Positions 1 through 9,855 of a stretch of DNA of 64,000 nucleotides are shown here, one piece after another (the first letter of the stretch is position 1; each line of letters opens with the position of its first letter). Made by a program: the position numbers and the translations under genes. The DNA comes from an uncultured Bacilli bacterium (GTDB lineage Bacteria; Bacillota_I; Bacilli_A; RF39; UBA660). Location: the NCBI GenBank assembly GCA_910584655.1, contig CAJUBJ010000001.1, positions 236,086-300,085 of the forward strand, read 5' to 3'. Under the pieces are notes generated by a model, which ran no database searches, was not told where the DNA came from, and saw only the letters and a list, made by a program, of their open reading frames with translations.

Positions 1-1
1 T

Positions 2-481
2 CAATATGAATTTTTAGTTGAAGTTTGTAGAAAGCTAAAAGAAGAAAATGTTCATATTGCAATAGATACAGCTGGTATAGGTAAGGGTGATTATAAAGAA
101 CTTTTATCAACTATAGATATGGTATTACTTGATATAAAACATATAACTTCAAGTGGATATGAAAATATTACAAAAAGAGATTATTTGGATAAATTTTTTG
201 ATTTTGTTGAACAACTTAATGAATCAAATAAAGAGGTTTGGATTAGACAAGTAGTTATACCTGGTGTTAATGATAATGAAGAATATATTTATGAATTATC
301 AAAGTTTATAAAAAAATATATAAAGAATGTTACAAGAGTTGATTTTTTACCATATCATAAAATGGGTGAAGAAAAGTATGAAACGCTTAAAATAGAAAAT
401 TCTTATAAAGATGTTGCTGAAATGGATAAAGAGAGATGTAATAGACTTTATAATATATTTATGGAAGACTTTAGTAAATAA
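2..481 (+). CDS. pflA: pyruvate formate-lyase (glycyl radical enzyme) activating enzyme, C-terminal part; 5' end outside window
   Basis: Frame is open from base 2 (QYEFLVEVCRKLKEENVHIAIDTAG...). VVIPGVNDNEEY and DFLPYHKMGEEKY motifs are typical of PflA-type radical SAM activases. Confidence 0.75.
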   Translation, partial: QYEFLVEVCRKLKEENVHIAIDTAGIGKGDYKELLSTIDMVLLDIKHITSSGYENITKRDYLDKFFDFVEQLNESNKEVWIRQVVIPGVNDNEEYIYELSKFIKKYIKNVTRVDFLPYHKMGEEKYETLKIENSYKDVAEMDKERCNRLYNIFMEDFSK

Positions 482-494
482 GTCTTCTTTTTTT
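464..494 (+). terminator. intrinsic terminator after pflA
   Basis: Perfect 8-bp stem GAAGACTT/AAGTCTTC with an 8-nt loop spanning the stop codon, followed by T7. Confidence 0.7.
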
Positions 495-580
495 GTAAAG
501 TAAAATAAACTTTATTTGACCTTTTGTAAAAAAATATGGTAAGGTAATAGCGTTTTATTAAAAGAAAGGGGAATATAATC

Positions 581-1249
581 ATGAAGATAGTTACAAATAC
601 AACTAAAAATGGTGAATCTATATATATACAAGTAAAGGATTTGCTTTATCTTGGAAGAACTTTAGGAGATGTACAATTTATTGATGAATATGTTAAAATG
701 TTAAATCTACAAAAAAGTGATTATGATTTTATTAGGGTTTATGGTGTTATAGCTAAAACTGTTTTACAGAGTGATATTGTTGATTTTAAAGAAATATATA
801 ATGAACCAATTATGTTACTTACAAAAACTTTAATTAATTTATCTTTTACGGGAACTAGAGATGAGACAACAAAACAGAGATGTGAAGATATTCGTGATGT
901 ATTGTCTTTTAGAAGAGGTGAATTAGATTATAATATTCCACTATTAAGTGATGGTGATTTAGAAATTATTAGCAATGATGGGTTGTTGGCTTTTAGCAGT
1001 ACTATTATATCTGATTGCTATGTTCTAAAAACTATTGATGGTAGTGATATTAATGGAATTGATAGTCAAGAATTTTTGAGTTATTGTTTAGACAGACTAA
1101 AATTGAAATATGGTGAAAGAATTGGTCAAATTTATGATATAAATAATATGTTTGTAATAAAATTTAGTGGTTTAGGTAAGGGTAAGAAAAGCAATAAACT
1201 AAAGTTTTTAAAACTAAAAAAAGATTTAAATAAAAAAGGCGAAGAATAA
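581..1249 (+). CDS. hypothetical protein (222 aa), Lys-rich C-terminal tail
   Basis: Long ORF with RBS AAAGGGGA 8 nt upstream of the ATG and a terminator right after the stop. No motif recognised. Confidence 0.6.
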   Translation: MKIVTNTTKNGESIYIQVKDLLYLGRTLGDVQFIDEYVKMLNLQKSDYDFIRVYGVIAKTVLQSDIVDFKEIYNEPIMLLTKTLINLSFTGTRDETTKQRCEDIRDVLSFRRGELDYNIPLLSDGDLEIISNDGLLAFSSTIISDCYVLKTIDGSDINGIDSQEFLSYCLDRLKLKYGERIGQIYDINNMFVIKFSGLGKGKKSNKLKFLKLKKDLNKKGEE

Positions 1250-1262
1250 TTCTTCGCTTTTA
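1233..1262. terminator. bidirectional intrinsic terminator between convergent genes
   Basis: Stem GCGAAGAA/TTCTTCGC (1239-1257), flanked by an A-run upstream and a T-run downstream. Confidence 0.6.
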
Positions 1263-2132
1263 GTTTAGTACGACATTTGATAAATTAGTTATGAAATCAT
1301 TCATAATATTTAAATAGTTATCGTTGTTAGCTCTTTGTTTATCAGTTAATGTAGACATTGTGTTAATTTCAATTAATTCAGCGTCATAATTATCAACTAA
1401 GTCTTTAATACTATCAGATACATTTTTTTTGTCATCTACAAATATTTGTTTATATGTTTTATCTTTAAATTTATTTTTTATATTAGATGTTATGTTATTT
1501 TCGCTTGAAATGTTTATAACATTAAAACCATATTTTTCTAAGAAACCGAAAGTATCGTATGCAATAACTATTGTTGCGTTATTGTTTTTTATCGCTGCTT
1601 TTGCAATATTTCTTAATTCAGCATCTAAAGTAGTTAAGTCTTCTTGAAGCTTATTATAATTTTCTTCAATTTTTTCGGCAGCATATTTAGAAGAACTTAA
1701 ATCTTCTAATTCATTTTTTATTGTGTTGGCTAACATTAAATAATTATTTGGATTTAACCATAATTCTTCAATTCCATATTTATATTTTAAGCCATATGAG
1801 ACATCAATAATTTGAATATTCTTATTTTTGTTTATTAAAGTTTTAGCAATTTCTTTTTCGTTAGTCAATCCATTGTAAACAAATAAAGTAGTTTTTTTTG
1901 AATAATCGTTTAGTTGTTTTTCTGTTAGCTCATATTCTTCTACTTTTGTTTCGTTGGGATAAATGCTTGAAATATTACTTCGGTCTCCATAAAGTCTAGT
2001 TACAATGTATTCAACTGGATAAACTGTTGTGGTAATGTTTGAACCATCTAATTTATCACTATTGAAACATCCTGTAGTTAGTGTTATTGTTATAATACTA
2101 ATGATTAATAAAAATAAAATTTTCTTTTTCAT
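1260..2132 (-). CDS. lipoprotein, ZnuA/TroA-like (cluster A-I) solute-binding protein fold, probably degenerate
   Basis: Lipobox LTTGC at residues 19-23. TTTVYPVEYIVTRLYGD...LFVYNG...IVIAYDTFGFLEKYGF follows the ZnuA-family pattern, but the usual His ligands are replaced. No ABC permease or ATPase is adjacent. Confidence 0.55.
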   Translation of the reverse strand: MKKKILFLLIISIITITLTTGCFNSDKLDGSNITTTVYPVEYIVTRLYGDRSNISSIYPNETKVEEYELTEKQLNDYSKKTTLFVYNGLTNEKEIAKTLINKNKNIQIIDVSYGLKYKYGIEELWLNPNNYLMLANTIKNELEDLSSSKYAAEKIEENYNKLQEDLTTLDAELRNIAKAAIKNNNATIVIAYDTFGFLEKYGFNVINISSENNITSNIKNKFKDKTYKQIFVDDKKNVSDSIKDLVDNYDAELIEINTMSTLTDKQRANNDNYLNIMNDFITNLSNVVLN

Positions 2133-2244
2133 AGCTCCTCCTATATGTTATTTAACAATAATAATTTTACTATAATTTATGTCTTTTGTAAAATAACTTT
2201 AGTAAATATTATAATATTTTGATATAATTGGTATGGTGATTAAA

Positions 2245-2898
2245 ATGGACTTTTTAAAAAAATTTGGAATTAATATAAAAAATCAAGAATTGTTATTACA
2301 AGCGCTAACACATTCTTCATATTCTAATGAACATAATGTAAAAAATTATGAAAGATTGGAGTTTTTGGGAGATGCTGTTTTGCAAATTTTAATGAGTGAT
2401 TATTTATATAGTAATATGGATTTATCTGAAGGTGAAATGAGTAAGACAAGGGCTGCTTATGTTTGTGAGGGAGCGTGCGCTAGATATGCCGAGGTAATAA
2501 ATTATAAACCATATATAAGAGTTGGACATGGTCAAATTAATAATATTAATGATACGATAGTAGCAGATATATTTGAAAGTATTATGGGGTGTATATATTT
2601 AGATCAAGGATTGGATGCTGCTAAGTCATTATTTGAACAAGTAGTTATACCATGTGTTAAGAACCATAGTATATTTTTAGGAGATTATAAAAGTAAATTA
2701 CAAGAATTAGTGCAAACAACAAAAGAATCTTTGGAGTATAAGTTAGTAAACGAAAGTGGTCCTGCACATGATAAAGTATTTGATGTTGAAGTAATTATAG
2801 GTGATATAGTTTATGGCAGAGGTAGCGGTAAATCAAAAAAAGAGGCAGAACAAAAAGCAGCAATGGATGCGTATAATAAACAAGCAAAAATAAGGTGA
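2245..2898 (+). CDS. rnc: ribonuclease III
   Basis: RNase III signature ERLEFLGDAVL and a C-terminal dsRBD (GPAHDK.F...GSGKSKKEAEQKAA). GGTGA sits 5 nt before the ATG at 2245. An alternative start is 2233. Confidence 0.9.
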   Translation: MDFLKKFGINIKNQELLLQALTHSSYSNEHNVKNYERLEFLGDAVLQILMSDYLYSNMDLSEGEMSKTRAAYVCEGACARYAEVINYKPYIRVGHGQINNINDTIVADIFESIMGCIYLDQGLDAAKSLFEQVVIPCVKNHSIFLGDYKSKLQELVQTTKESLEYKLVNESGPAHDKVFDVEVIIGDIVYGRGSGKSKKEAEQKAAMDAYNKQAKIR

Positions 2899-2903
2899 TT
2901 TAG

Positions 2904-5843
2904 ATGTATTTAAAGAGTATTAGGGCAAATGGTTTTAAATCTTTTGCAGAAAAGATAGAACTTGATATTGATAAGGGAATTACAGGTGTAGTAGGACCAA
3001 ATGGTTCAGGCAAAAGTAACATAGTAGATGCTGTAAGATGGGTTATGGGAGAACAGTCTGTTAAAGCATTACGTGGAGACTCAGGAATGACTGATGTAAT
3101 ATTTGCTGGATCTAAATCACGTGGACCTCAATCGAGAGCTACTGTAAGTTTAGTTTTTGATAATACTGATCATTATTTGAATAGTGAGTTTAATGAAATA
3201 GAGATTAAGAGAGTAGTTTATAAAACAGGAGAAAATGAGTACTATATAAATAATACTAAGGTAAGACTTAAAGATATTACGGACTTATTTTTGGATAGTG
3301 GAGCTGGTAAAGAGTCTTTTAATATTATTTCACAGGGAGCTGTTATGGATATTATTAATAGTAAACCTGATGACAGAAGAGTAATATTTGAAGAGGCGGC
3401 AGGAGTTTTAAAATATAAAAAACGTAAAGAAGAGTCTTTTAGGAAACTTGATAAAACTAATGAAAATTTGGCTAGAGTAAATCTTTTAATAGATGAACTT
3501 TTGACTACATTAACTCCTTTAAAGGAGCAAAGTGAGAAAGCACGTAAATTTTTGGATTATAAAGATGAACTAGAAAATATTGAGATAGCTTTAATTGCTA
3601 GTGATATAGAAACATTAAATGATGAATATGTGAAAGTTAAAGATAGGGTAAAATATTTGAGCGAAGTAGTAGAAAAGTTATCTTTAACAAATACAACAGA
3701 TAGCTCAAAGGTGGAAGAATTAAAATTAACTAGTTTAAAACTTGATCAATTGATAGAAGATAAAAGTAATAAGGTTTATGAACTTACACAAGAAATAGCA
3801 GAATTACAAAGTAAGAAACAGATAACTATTGAAAGACAAAAATACGAAGTTGATAATTCAAAGTTAGAAATGAATATTTTATCTTTAAAAGAAGAAGTGC
3901 TTAGTTTGACTAATAATATTGAACTTGCAACTGTTGAACTTAATGATATAAAAAGAAGTTTAGAAGTAAAGCAATTAAAAAGTATGGAAATTATTAAGTT
4001 TAATGAGGAGAAGAAGAATAAAAGAAATATATTAACTAATCAAATTAATAATGAAAATAGGAATATAATGAACTTAAAGAATAAGATTGATATTTTAAGT
4101 GAGAATATTACTAATGATACTAAGCTACCTTATAGTGTTAAGAATGTTATTAATAATATAAGATTGAATGGTATACATGGAGTTTTGGGTAAGTTAATTG
4201 ATATTCCTGAAAAGTATGTTGTAGCTATAGATACGAGTTTGGGAGCTAATTCTAATGTCGTTGTTGTAGATGATGAAATATGTGCTAAAGAGGCTATAAG
4301 CTATTTAAAAGAAAATAAGTTAGGAAGAGCTACTTTTTTTCCAATATCAATAATAAAACCAAGAAATGTAATGTTTGAAGATATGGAGAAAATTAAAGAT
4401 ATTGATGGATTTATAGGAACTGCTGATAGTTTGGTAAGATATGATTCAAGATATCGTGGAATTGTATTAAATCAATTAGGAAATGTTATTGTGGTTGATA
4501 ACATTGATACTTTAAATAAAATTGGTAAGATTATAAATTATAAATATAAAATAGTTTCTTTAGAAGGAGAAGTTCAATTTGCTGGTGGTGCTATTACTGG
4601 TGGTACTACTAAAAGTAATAATGGAATGTTAAATCAAAAGTATGAGCTTGAAAATTTAAAGAAAGACTATAATGAACAGAAAAATAGTTTGAATAATTTG
4701 GAAATGTCATTAAATAGTATTAATAGTGAACTTAATGCTTCGGCCCAAGAACTTGAAAAAACGCAAAGAGATGTAATAATGTTAACAGAGCAAGTTAATT
4801 TAAAAAATTCTTATATTAGAGATTTGCAAAGTTCATTTAATGAAAAAAATAATGAATTAATTGGAACTCAAAACAAATCTTTGAATACATTAGATAAAGA
4901 ATTAGAAAACATAGTTAATGCTTATTATGAAAAAGTTGCTATAAAAGATAAAGAAACTAAAGAGTTAGATAAATTAAAGACGGAAAAGTCGGATTTAGCA
5001 ACAGAGATAGCTAATTTAGAAAAAATTTATCGTGAAATGAATAGTGAAATAACTAGTAGGCAAAACGAACTTAAATTAGAAGAAATTAAGTTGGGGAAAA
5101 TGGATGTTAAACTTGACAATCTATTACTTACTTTAAATGAAAATTATAGCCTTACTTACGAAAAGGCACGACAAGAATATGATTTAGATGTTGATACTGA
5201 AATGGCTCGTTTAACAGTAAATAATTTAAAGGCAAAAATAAAATCTCTTGGAGAAGTTAATACAGGTAGTATTTCAGAATATGAAAGACTTAATGAGAGA
5301 TATACATTTTTAACAACACAAAGAGATGATTTGGAATGTTCTGTTACAAGTTTGCTTTCTGTTATTTCAGAAATGGACGAAATGATGAAAACTAAATTTT
5401 CTTTGACTTTTGAAAAAATAAGTGAAGAGTTTAAAAGCGTGTTTAAAAAATTATTTAAAGGTGGAGAAGGAGTTTTGGAGCTTACTAATCCTGATGATAT
5501 ATTAAATACAGGGATTGAGATATCTGCGTTGCCTCCAGGAAAAAAGTTAAATTCAATAGCTTTATTATCGGGTGGAGAAAAGACTTTAACAGCAATAGCT
5601 TTGTTGTTTGCAATATTAAATGTTAAGCCTGTTCCGTTTGTTATATTAGACGAGGTTGAAGCCGCGTTAGATGAAGCTAATGTAGATGCTTTTGGTAGCT
5701 ATTTACTTTCAAAAAAAGAAAGAAGTCAATTTATAATAATTACTCATAAAAAGAGAACAATGGAATATGCAGATGCGTTATATGGTATTACAATGCAAGA
5801 ATCAGGAGTGTCAAAATTAGTAAGTGTTAAATTGGAAGGATAA
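2904..5843 (+). CDS. smc: chromosome segregation protein SMC
   Basis: Walker A GPNGSGKSN, long coiled coils, a hinge, the LSGGEKTL signature and Walker B ILDEVEAALD. The rnc-smc order matches Bacillus. Confidence 0.95.
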   Translation: MYLKSIRANGFKSFAEKIELDIDKGITGVVGPNGSGKSNIVDAVRWVMGEQSVKALRGDSGMTDVIFAGSKSRGPQSRATVSLVFDNTDHYLNSEFNEIEIKRVVYKTGENEYYINNTKVRLKDITDLFLDSGAGKESFNIISQGAVMDIINSKPDDRRVIFEEAAGVLKYKKRKEESFRKLDKTNENLARVNLLIDELLTTLTPLKEQSEKARKFLDYKDELENIEIALIASDIETLNDEYVKVKDRVKYLSEVVEKLSLTNTTDSSKVEELKLTSLKLDQLIEDKSNKVYELTQEIAELQSKKQITIERQKYEVDNSKLEMNILSLKEEVLSLTNNIELATVELNDIKRSLEVKQLKSMEIIKFNEEKKNKRNILTNQINNENRNIMNLKNKIDILSENITNDTKLPYSVKNVINNIRLNGIHGVLGKLIDIPEKYVVAIDTSLGANSNVVVVDDEICAKEAISYLKENKLGRATFFPISIIKPRNVMFEDMEKIKDIDGFIGTADSLVRYDSRYRGIVLNQLGNVIVVDNIDTLNKIGKIINYKYKIVSLEGEVQFAGGAITGGTTKSNNGMLNQKYELENLKKDYNEQKNSLNNLEMSLNSINSELNASAQELEKTQRDVIMLTEQVNLKNSYIRDLQSSFNEKNNELIGTQNKSLNTLDKELENIVNAYYEKVAIKDKETKELDKLKTEKSDLATEIANLEKIYREMNSEITSRQNELKLEEIKLGKMDVKLDNLLLTLNENYSLTYEKARQEYDLDVDTEMARLTVNNLKAKIKSLGEVNTGSISEYERLNERYTFLTTQRDDLECSVTSLLSVISEMDEMMKTKFSLTFEKISEEFKSVFKKLFKGGEGVLELTNPDDILNTGIEISALPPGKKLNSIALLSGGEKTLTAIALLFAILNVKPVPFVILDEVEAALDEANVDAFGSYLLSKKERSQFIIITHKKRTMEYADALYGITMQESGVSKLVSVKLEG

Positions 5844-5849
5844 AAGGGT

Positions 5850-6122
5850 ATGAAAAAAAGTTTTAGTATGGAAAATGATATTGGATTATTAGTTAAATAT
5901 ACAGTGTTAGGAATTACAAGTATAGATGAGAAATATGTTATTTATACTGATTATTTTCCTTCTGAAAATGAATTAGGAATACGATTGTATGCTGGTCTTC
6001 TTATTGATGAAAATGAATTTAAAATAAAAAAGATACAAGGAGTAAAGGAAAAAGAATTAACAGATGCTTTTGCTGCAGAGGTTGTTAGTTCTGGAAGAAA
6101 GGTAAGACGAGTGATAGCATAA
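5850..6122 (+). CDS. small hypothetical protein, possibly DUF1292-like
   Basis: 90-aa ORF tightly following smc. KYVIYTDYF...LYAGLLIDENEF resembles the YrzB/DUF1292 pattern (weak). Confidence 0.45.
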   Translation: MKKSFSMENDIGLLVKYTVLGITSIDEKYVIYTDYFPSENELGIRLYAGLLIDENEFKIKKIQGVKEKELTDAFAAEVVSSGRKVRRVIA

Positions 6123-6163
6123 TTAAGCTGTGTAAAAAGATTTTTTATTGTTTAAAATAAATA

Positions 6164-6195
6164 AAAAACAAACTTTTTAAGGTTTGTTTTTTTAA
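6164..6195 (+). terminator. intrinsic terminator after the smc operon
   Basis: Stem AAAAACAAAC/GTTTGTTTTT followed by a T-run. Confidence 0.6.
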
Positions 6196-6314
6196 ATTTT
6201 ATATAATTTAAAAAAAAGGAGGAAATGGTACATATTATATATAATAATATTAGTACAGGGATTAATTCGACATATTAAAACCTTTATAGGTGATATGTTG
6301 TTTTTGGTGATATT

Positions 6315-6740
6315 ATGAAAAAAATTTTGATTATAATTTTATGTGCTGTAAGTATTGGTGGAGGGGCTGCATATTATCTATTTAATAAAATTGTAGTTAA
6401 TGAAGAATCTAATATAAAAACGGTTAATGCTTTTCAAATTGGTGCATTTACTAATTACGATAATGCTTTAAAAGTTGCAACAAGAAATAATGGTATTGTG
6501 GTTAATGATGATGATATTTATAGAGTTTATGTTGCGATATTGAGTGATCAAGAAGCGATAAGTAAATTGAAAAGTTATTATAAAGAAATAGGTCTTGAGT
6601 ATTATTTAAAAGAAATAGATGTAAAAGATGATTACGTTAAAAGTATTGGTCAGGAAGAGGAATTACTAAAAAGGAGTAGTAGTGATACTTATGTGACTAT
6701 TAATTATCAAATGTTACAAAAATATGAGGAGTTGTTATGA
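6315..6740 (+). CDS. membrane-anchored SPOR-like domain protein
   Basis: N-terminal TM helix. AFQIGAFTNYDNALKVA...IYRVYVAILSDQEAISKL resembles a SPOR peptidoglycan-binding repeat. RBS is GGTGA. Confidence 0.5.
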   Translation: MKKILIIILCAVSIGGGAAYYLFNKIVVNEESNIKTVNAFQIGAFTNYDNALKVATRNNGIVVNDDDIYRVYVAILSDQEAISKLKSYYKEIGLEYYLKEIDVKDDYVKSIGQEEELLKRSSSDTYVTINYQMLQKYEELL

Positions 6741-6746
6741 TATTTT

Positions 6747-7451
6747 ATGAGTTATTTAATAAAAGAAATACCAGAGGGTGAAAGACCTCGTGAAAGATTT
6801 AAAAAATTTGGTGTACAGGCTTTAAGTAATGAAGAACTTTTAAGTATATTACTTAGAACAGGGAGTCAATCTAAATCTGTTAAAGACTTGAGTATTGATA
6901 TTTTAAATAATATTGATATTCATGATTTAAATAATATCGATTATACAGCTTTAAAAAATATAAAGGGAATTGGAGAAGTAAAAGCCATTACTATTCTAAC
7001 AGCTATTGAATTTGGAAAAAGAGTGCTTAGTAGAAGTGATTTGATTTTTCAAATAAGAACAGGAGAGGATGTTTATAATTTAATAAAAGATGAGATGGAA
7101 AATGAATTACAAGAGAAATTTATGGCTATTTATTTAGATGTGAAAAATAATGTTATTTTAAAAAAAGTAATATTTATAGGAACTGTAAATAATAGCAATG
7201 TGACAGCTAGAGATGTATTTAGAGAAGGAGTAAAAAGTAATGCTACATCTATGATTATTGCTCATAATCATCCTGCAGGTTCAATTGTTCCTAGTAAAGA
7301 TGATATTTATTTAACAAAAGAATTTATAAAATTAGGAAGAATGATGGGAATAAGTGTAATAGATCACATTATAATTGGGAAGAATAATTATTATAGTTTT
7401 AGAGAAAGTATTGGTGATTTGTTTGCGATGGAAGAAGAATACAATTACTAA
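6747..7451 (+). CDS. radC: RadC-family JAMM domain protein
   Basis: N-terminal ERPRERF and HhH region, plus the JAMM motif IAHNHPAGSIVPSKDD. The position upstream of mreC matches Bacillus. Confidence 0.9.
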   Translation: MSYLIKEIPEGERPRERFKKFGVQALSNEELLSILLRTGSQSKSVKDLSIDILNNIDIHDLNNIDYTALKNIKGIGEVKAITILTAIEFGKRVLSRSDLIFQIRTGEDVYNLIKDEMENELQEKFMAIYLDVKNNVILKKVIFIGTVNNSNVTARDVFREGVKSNATSMIIAHNHPAGSIVPSKDDIYLTKEFIKLGRMMGISVIDHIIIGKNNYYSFRESIGDLFAMEEEYNY

Positions 7452-8061
7452 AGTATGTATGTTTTTTTTAGTAATTATTTTGATATGTAGTAGTGGCTAT
7501 TTAGCTAGTTACCTTAGATATAATGATAGAGATATAGTTGATGTTGAAGCAATAAAATTACAAAACAAGTTATTAAAAGAAAAGTTATCAGAAGTGGAAA
7601 ATTTAAATGCTAAAGAAGGAGATTTTATTATAGGTAAAGTAGTGTTTAGAAATATGCATGACTTTTATAATGAAGTTATAATTGATTTAGGGACGATTGA
7701 CGGAGTGGAAATAGGGAGTGCTGTTTTAAATAGTGAAGGATTAATAGGAATTGTTTATAAAGTAGAAAGAGAAAAAGCTTTTGTAAAATTATTAAGTGGA
7801 AATTATAATGTATCAGTAAAAATAAATGAAACTTATGGTAATTTAAATAATGGAATAATTACATTACTTAATAAATATGCTGGTATTAGTGTTGGAGATA
7901 AAGTTTATACTTCAAATTATGGAGGAGTACAATCAGATATTTATATTGGTGAAGTGACTGAAATAATAATGGATAATAATGGTCTTGGTCAAGAAGCTAA
8001 AGTTAAATTAATTGATAATAATAATCTTAATTATATTAGTGTTATGGTGAATGTATCATGA
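7423..8061 (+). CDS. mreC: rod shape-determining protein MreC
   Basis: Basic N-terminus plus TM, a coiled coil (LQNKLLKEKLSEVENL), and beta-barrel region motifs GSAVLNSEGLIGIV and GDKVYTS. The start is uncertain: TTG 7423 with GGTGA, ATG 7459, or TTG 7375. Confidence 0.8.
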   Translation: MRWKKNTITKVCMFFLVIILICSSGYLASYLRYNDRDIVDVEAIKLQNKLLKEKLSEVENLNAKEGDFIIGKVVFRNMHDFYNEVIIDLGTIDGVEIGSAVLNSEGLIGIVYKVEREKAFVKLLSGNYNVSVKINETYGNLNNGIITLLNKYAGISVGDKVYTSNYGGVQSDIYIGEVTEIIMDNNGLGQEAKVKLIDNNNLNYISVMVNVS

Positions 8062-8423
8062 TTTATGTAGGATTTATATTGGATTATTTTGTCATGTTAT
8101 TTTTGCCTGTTGATACTTTTTTTGTTATTAATGATATAGAAGATAATAGATTTTTATCAGTATTATTTTTAGGGATGATATTGGATATTATATATCATAA
8201 GTTATTTATAAATTTGATTATATTGTTATCTTTTTACTTTATTTTGAAGATTTTAAAAATAAAAAAGAAATATAAATTCATAAAAAATATTTTTCTGTAT
8301 TTTTTATATTTTAGTATTTTACATATAATGTTTGGTGTTAATGATTCTTATGTAAGTTCTTTTGTTATTGGATTAATATTTCAAATTATATATATAAGTT
8401 TGTCTAAAGTGTTATCAAAGTAA
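8058..8423 (+). CDS. mreD: rod shape-determining protein MreD (polytopic membrane protein)
   Basis: ATGA overlap with mreC. Small, very hydrophobic protein in the canonical position. Confidence 0.65.
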   Translation: MIYVGFILDYFVMLFLPVDTFFVINDIEDNRFLSVLFLGMILDIIYHKLFINLIILLSFYFILKILKIKKKYKFIKNIFLYFLYFSILHIMFGVNDSYVSSFVIGLIFQIIYISLSKVLSK

Positions 8424-8454
8424 ATGATATTACATATTATTTATTGGTGATAAT

Positions 8455-9039
8455 ATGAAAGATAGTAAGTATTATAAAAAAATGTGCTTAAAGAAAAAAG
8501 ATAAGAAAATAAGTAGTAATATGTGGATAAGCAAATTATTAATTTCGATAATTGTAATACTTAGTAGTTTAATAATAACTAATTTAAATAATGATTTAAA
8601 AGATATTTTTAAGAGAAATGTTTTAGAAAATAACATTAGTTTTAGTAATTTAAATAAATTATATCAAAAGTATATTGGTGGTTTTATAAAAGATGATAAT
8701 AATGAGGTTCTTGTTGCTAATGATGATAAGTTAAATGAAAATACTATAAAAGAAGAAAATGGTTCTTATGTAATCGAGGTGGATAAAGATTATCCTATAA
8801 ATTTTATGGCTTCAGGAATAATTGTTTATATTGGAGATAAAGATGAATTAGGTAATACTGTAATTGTTCAAGGTAATGATGGGGTAGATTTATGGTATAG
8901 TAATATTTTTATAAGTGATTATAGTTTATATGACTATGTAAAAAAAGGAGAAATATTAGGTACAACTAATAGTGAATATTTAAGGTTAACAATAATGAAG
9001 GATGGAACTAAATTAAGTTATGATGAATACTTTAAATAA
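8455..9039 (+). CDS. membrane-anchored degenerate LytM/M23 domain protein (SpoIVFA-like)
   Basis: One TM. The C-terminal GIIVYIGDKDELGNTVIVQGNDGVDLWYSNI...VKKGEILG follows the M23 strand pattern but lacks the catalytic His. It precedes and overlaps an M50 protease gene, as spoIVFA does. Confidence 0.6.
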   Translation: MKDSKYYKKMCLKKKDKKISSNMWISKLLISIIVILSSLIITNLNNDLKDIFKRNVLENNISFSNLNKLYQKYIGGFIKDDNNEVLVANDDKLNENTIKEENGSYVIEVDKDYPINFMASGIIVYIGDKDELGNTVIVQGNDGVDLWYSNIFISDYSLYDYVKKGEILGTTNSEYLRLTIMKDGTKLSYDEYFK

Positions 9040-9781
9040 AATAAAGATAGATTTTAGTACCTATATACTTATATTACTTGCTTTGTTTGCTGGATATATA
9101 AAAAATGTTTTTGTTATTTTGCTTATTGTTATAGTTCATGAAATGGGACATATATTTTTCTTTAAATTTTTTGATATAGAAATAGAAAAAGTTACAATAT
9201 ATCCATATGGTGGAGTTACTATTGTTAATAATAAGTTACATGAAAGAATATATAAAGATATTTTAATAAGTTTAGGTGGCGTTTTTTTTCAAATAATTCT
9301 TTTTTTTGTCTTTAAAGGTTTATATGAAAATAATTTGATTGTTTTGACTACATATAATATTTTTAGATTGTATAATTTGAGTATCATTATTTTTAATTTA
9401 ATACCAATAATACCATTAGATGGGAGTAAATTGATGTTTTGTTTATTTAGTAAGTTTTTATCTTATAAAGATAGTTATATAATGATGATATTGACGGGAA
9501 TTATAAGTTTAATTATGTTTATTATTTATAATTATGTTTATAAGTTAAATGATTTAGTTTTATATATTTTTTTATTTTTTAAATTATATGAAGTAATAAA
9601 GTCTTTTAAATATATTATGAATAAATTTTATTTAGAAAGAATATTATATGATCATTATTATAATGAGATTATTAATGATATTGATGATATAGATAAGTTA
9701 CGCATTGATAAGTACTATTATTTTAAGGATAGGAATAGGTATATAAATGAGAAAGATTATATAAAAAAGAGATATTATTGA
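9020..9781 (+). CDS. spoIVFB: site-2 (M50) intramembrane metalloprotease, SpoIVFB-like
   Basis: HEMGH (HExxH) lies in a TM helix, and NLIPIIPLDGSKL is the NxxPxxxLDG motif. Located between mreD and rplU, as in B. subtilis. Confidence 0.7.
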   Translation: MMNTLNKIKIDFSTYILILLALFAGYIKNVFVILLIVIVHEMGHIFFFKFFDIEIEKVTIYPYGGVTIVNNKLHERIYKDILISLGGVFFQIILFFVFKGLYENNLIVLTTYNIFRLYNLSIIIFNLIPIIPLDGSKLMFCLFSKFLSYKDSYIMMILTGIISLIMFIIYNYVYKLNDLVLYIFLFFKLYEVIKSFKYIMNKFYLERILYDHYYNEIINDIDDIDKLRIDKYYYFKDRNRYINEKDYIKKRYY

Positions 9782-9855
9782 GAGATGATTTAATAAAATA
9801 ATTTATTGATAGAAGAAAGTGTGCTATTATATTACTTAAATTTTAGGTGATTTGT

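Noticed and set aside
6225-6278. 17-aa ORF (MVHIIYNNISTGINSTY) preceded by a strong AAGGAGGA, upstream of the SPOR-like gene
   Set aside because: The RBS is good, but the ORF is very short, has no hydrophobic or regulatory-codon pattern, and has no terminator or antiterminator alternative structure. It may be a leader peptide, but the evidence is insufficient.
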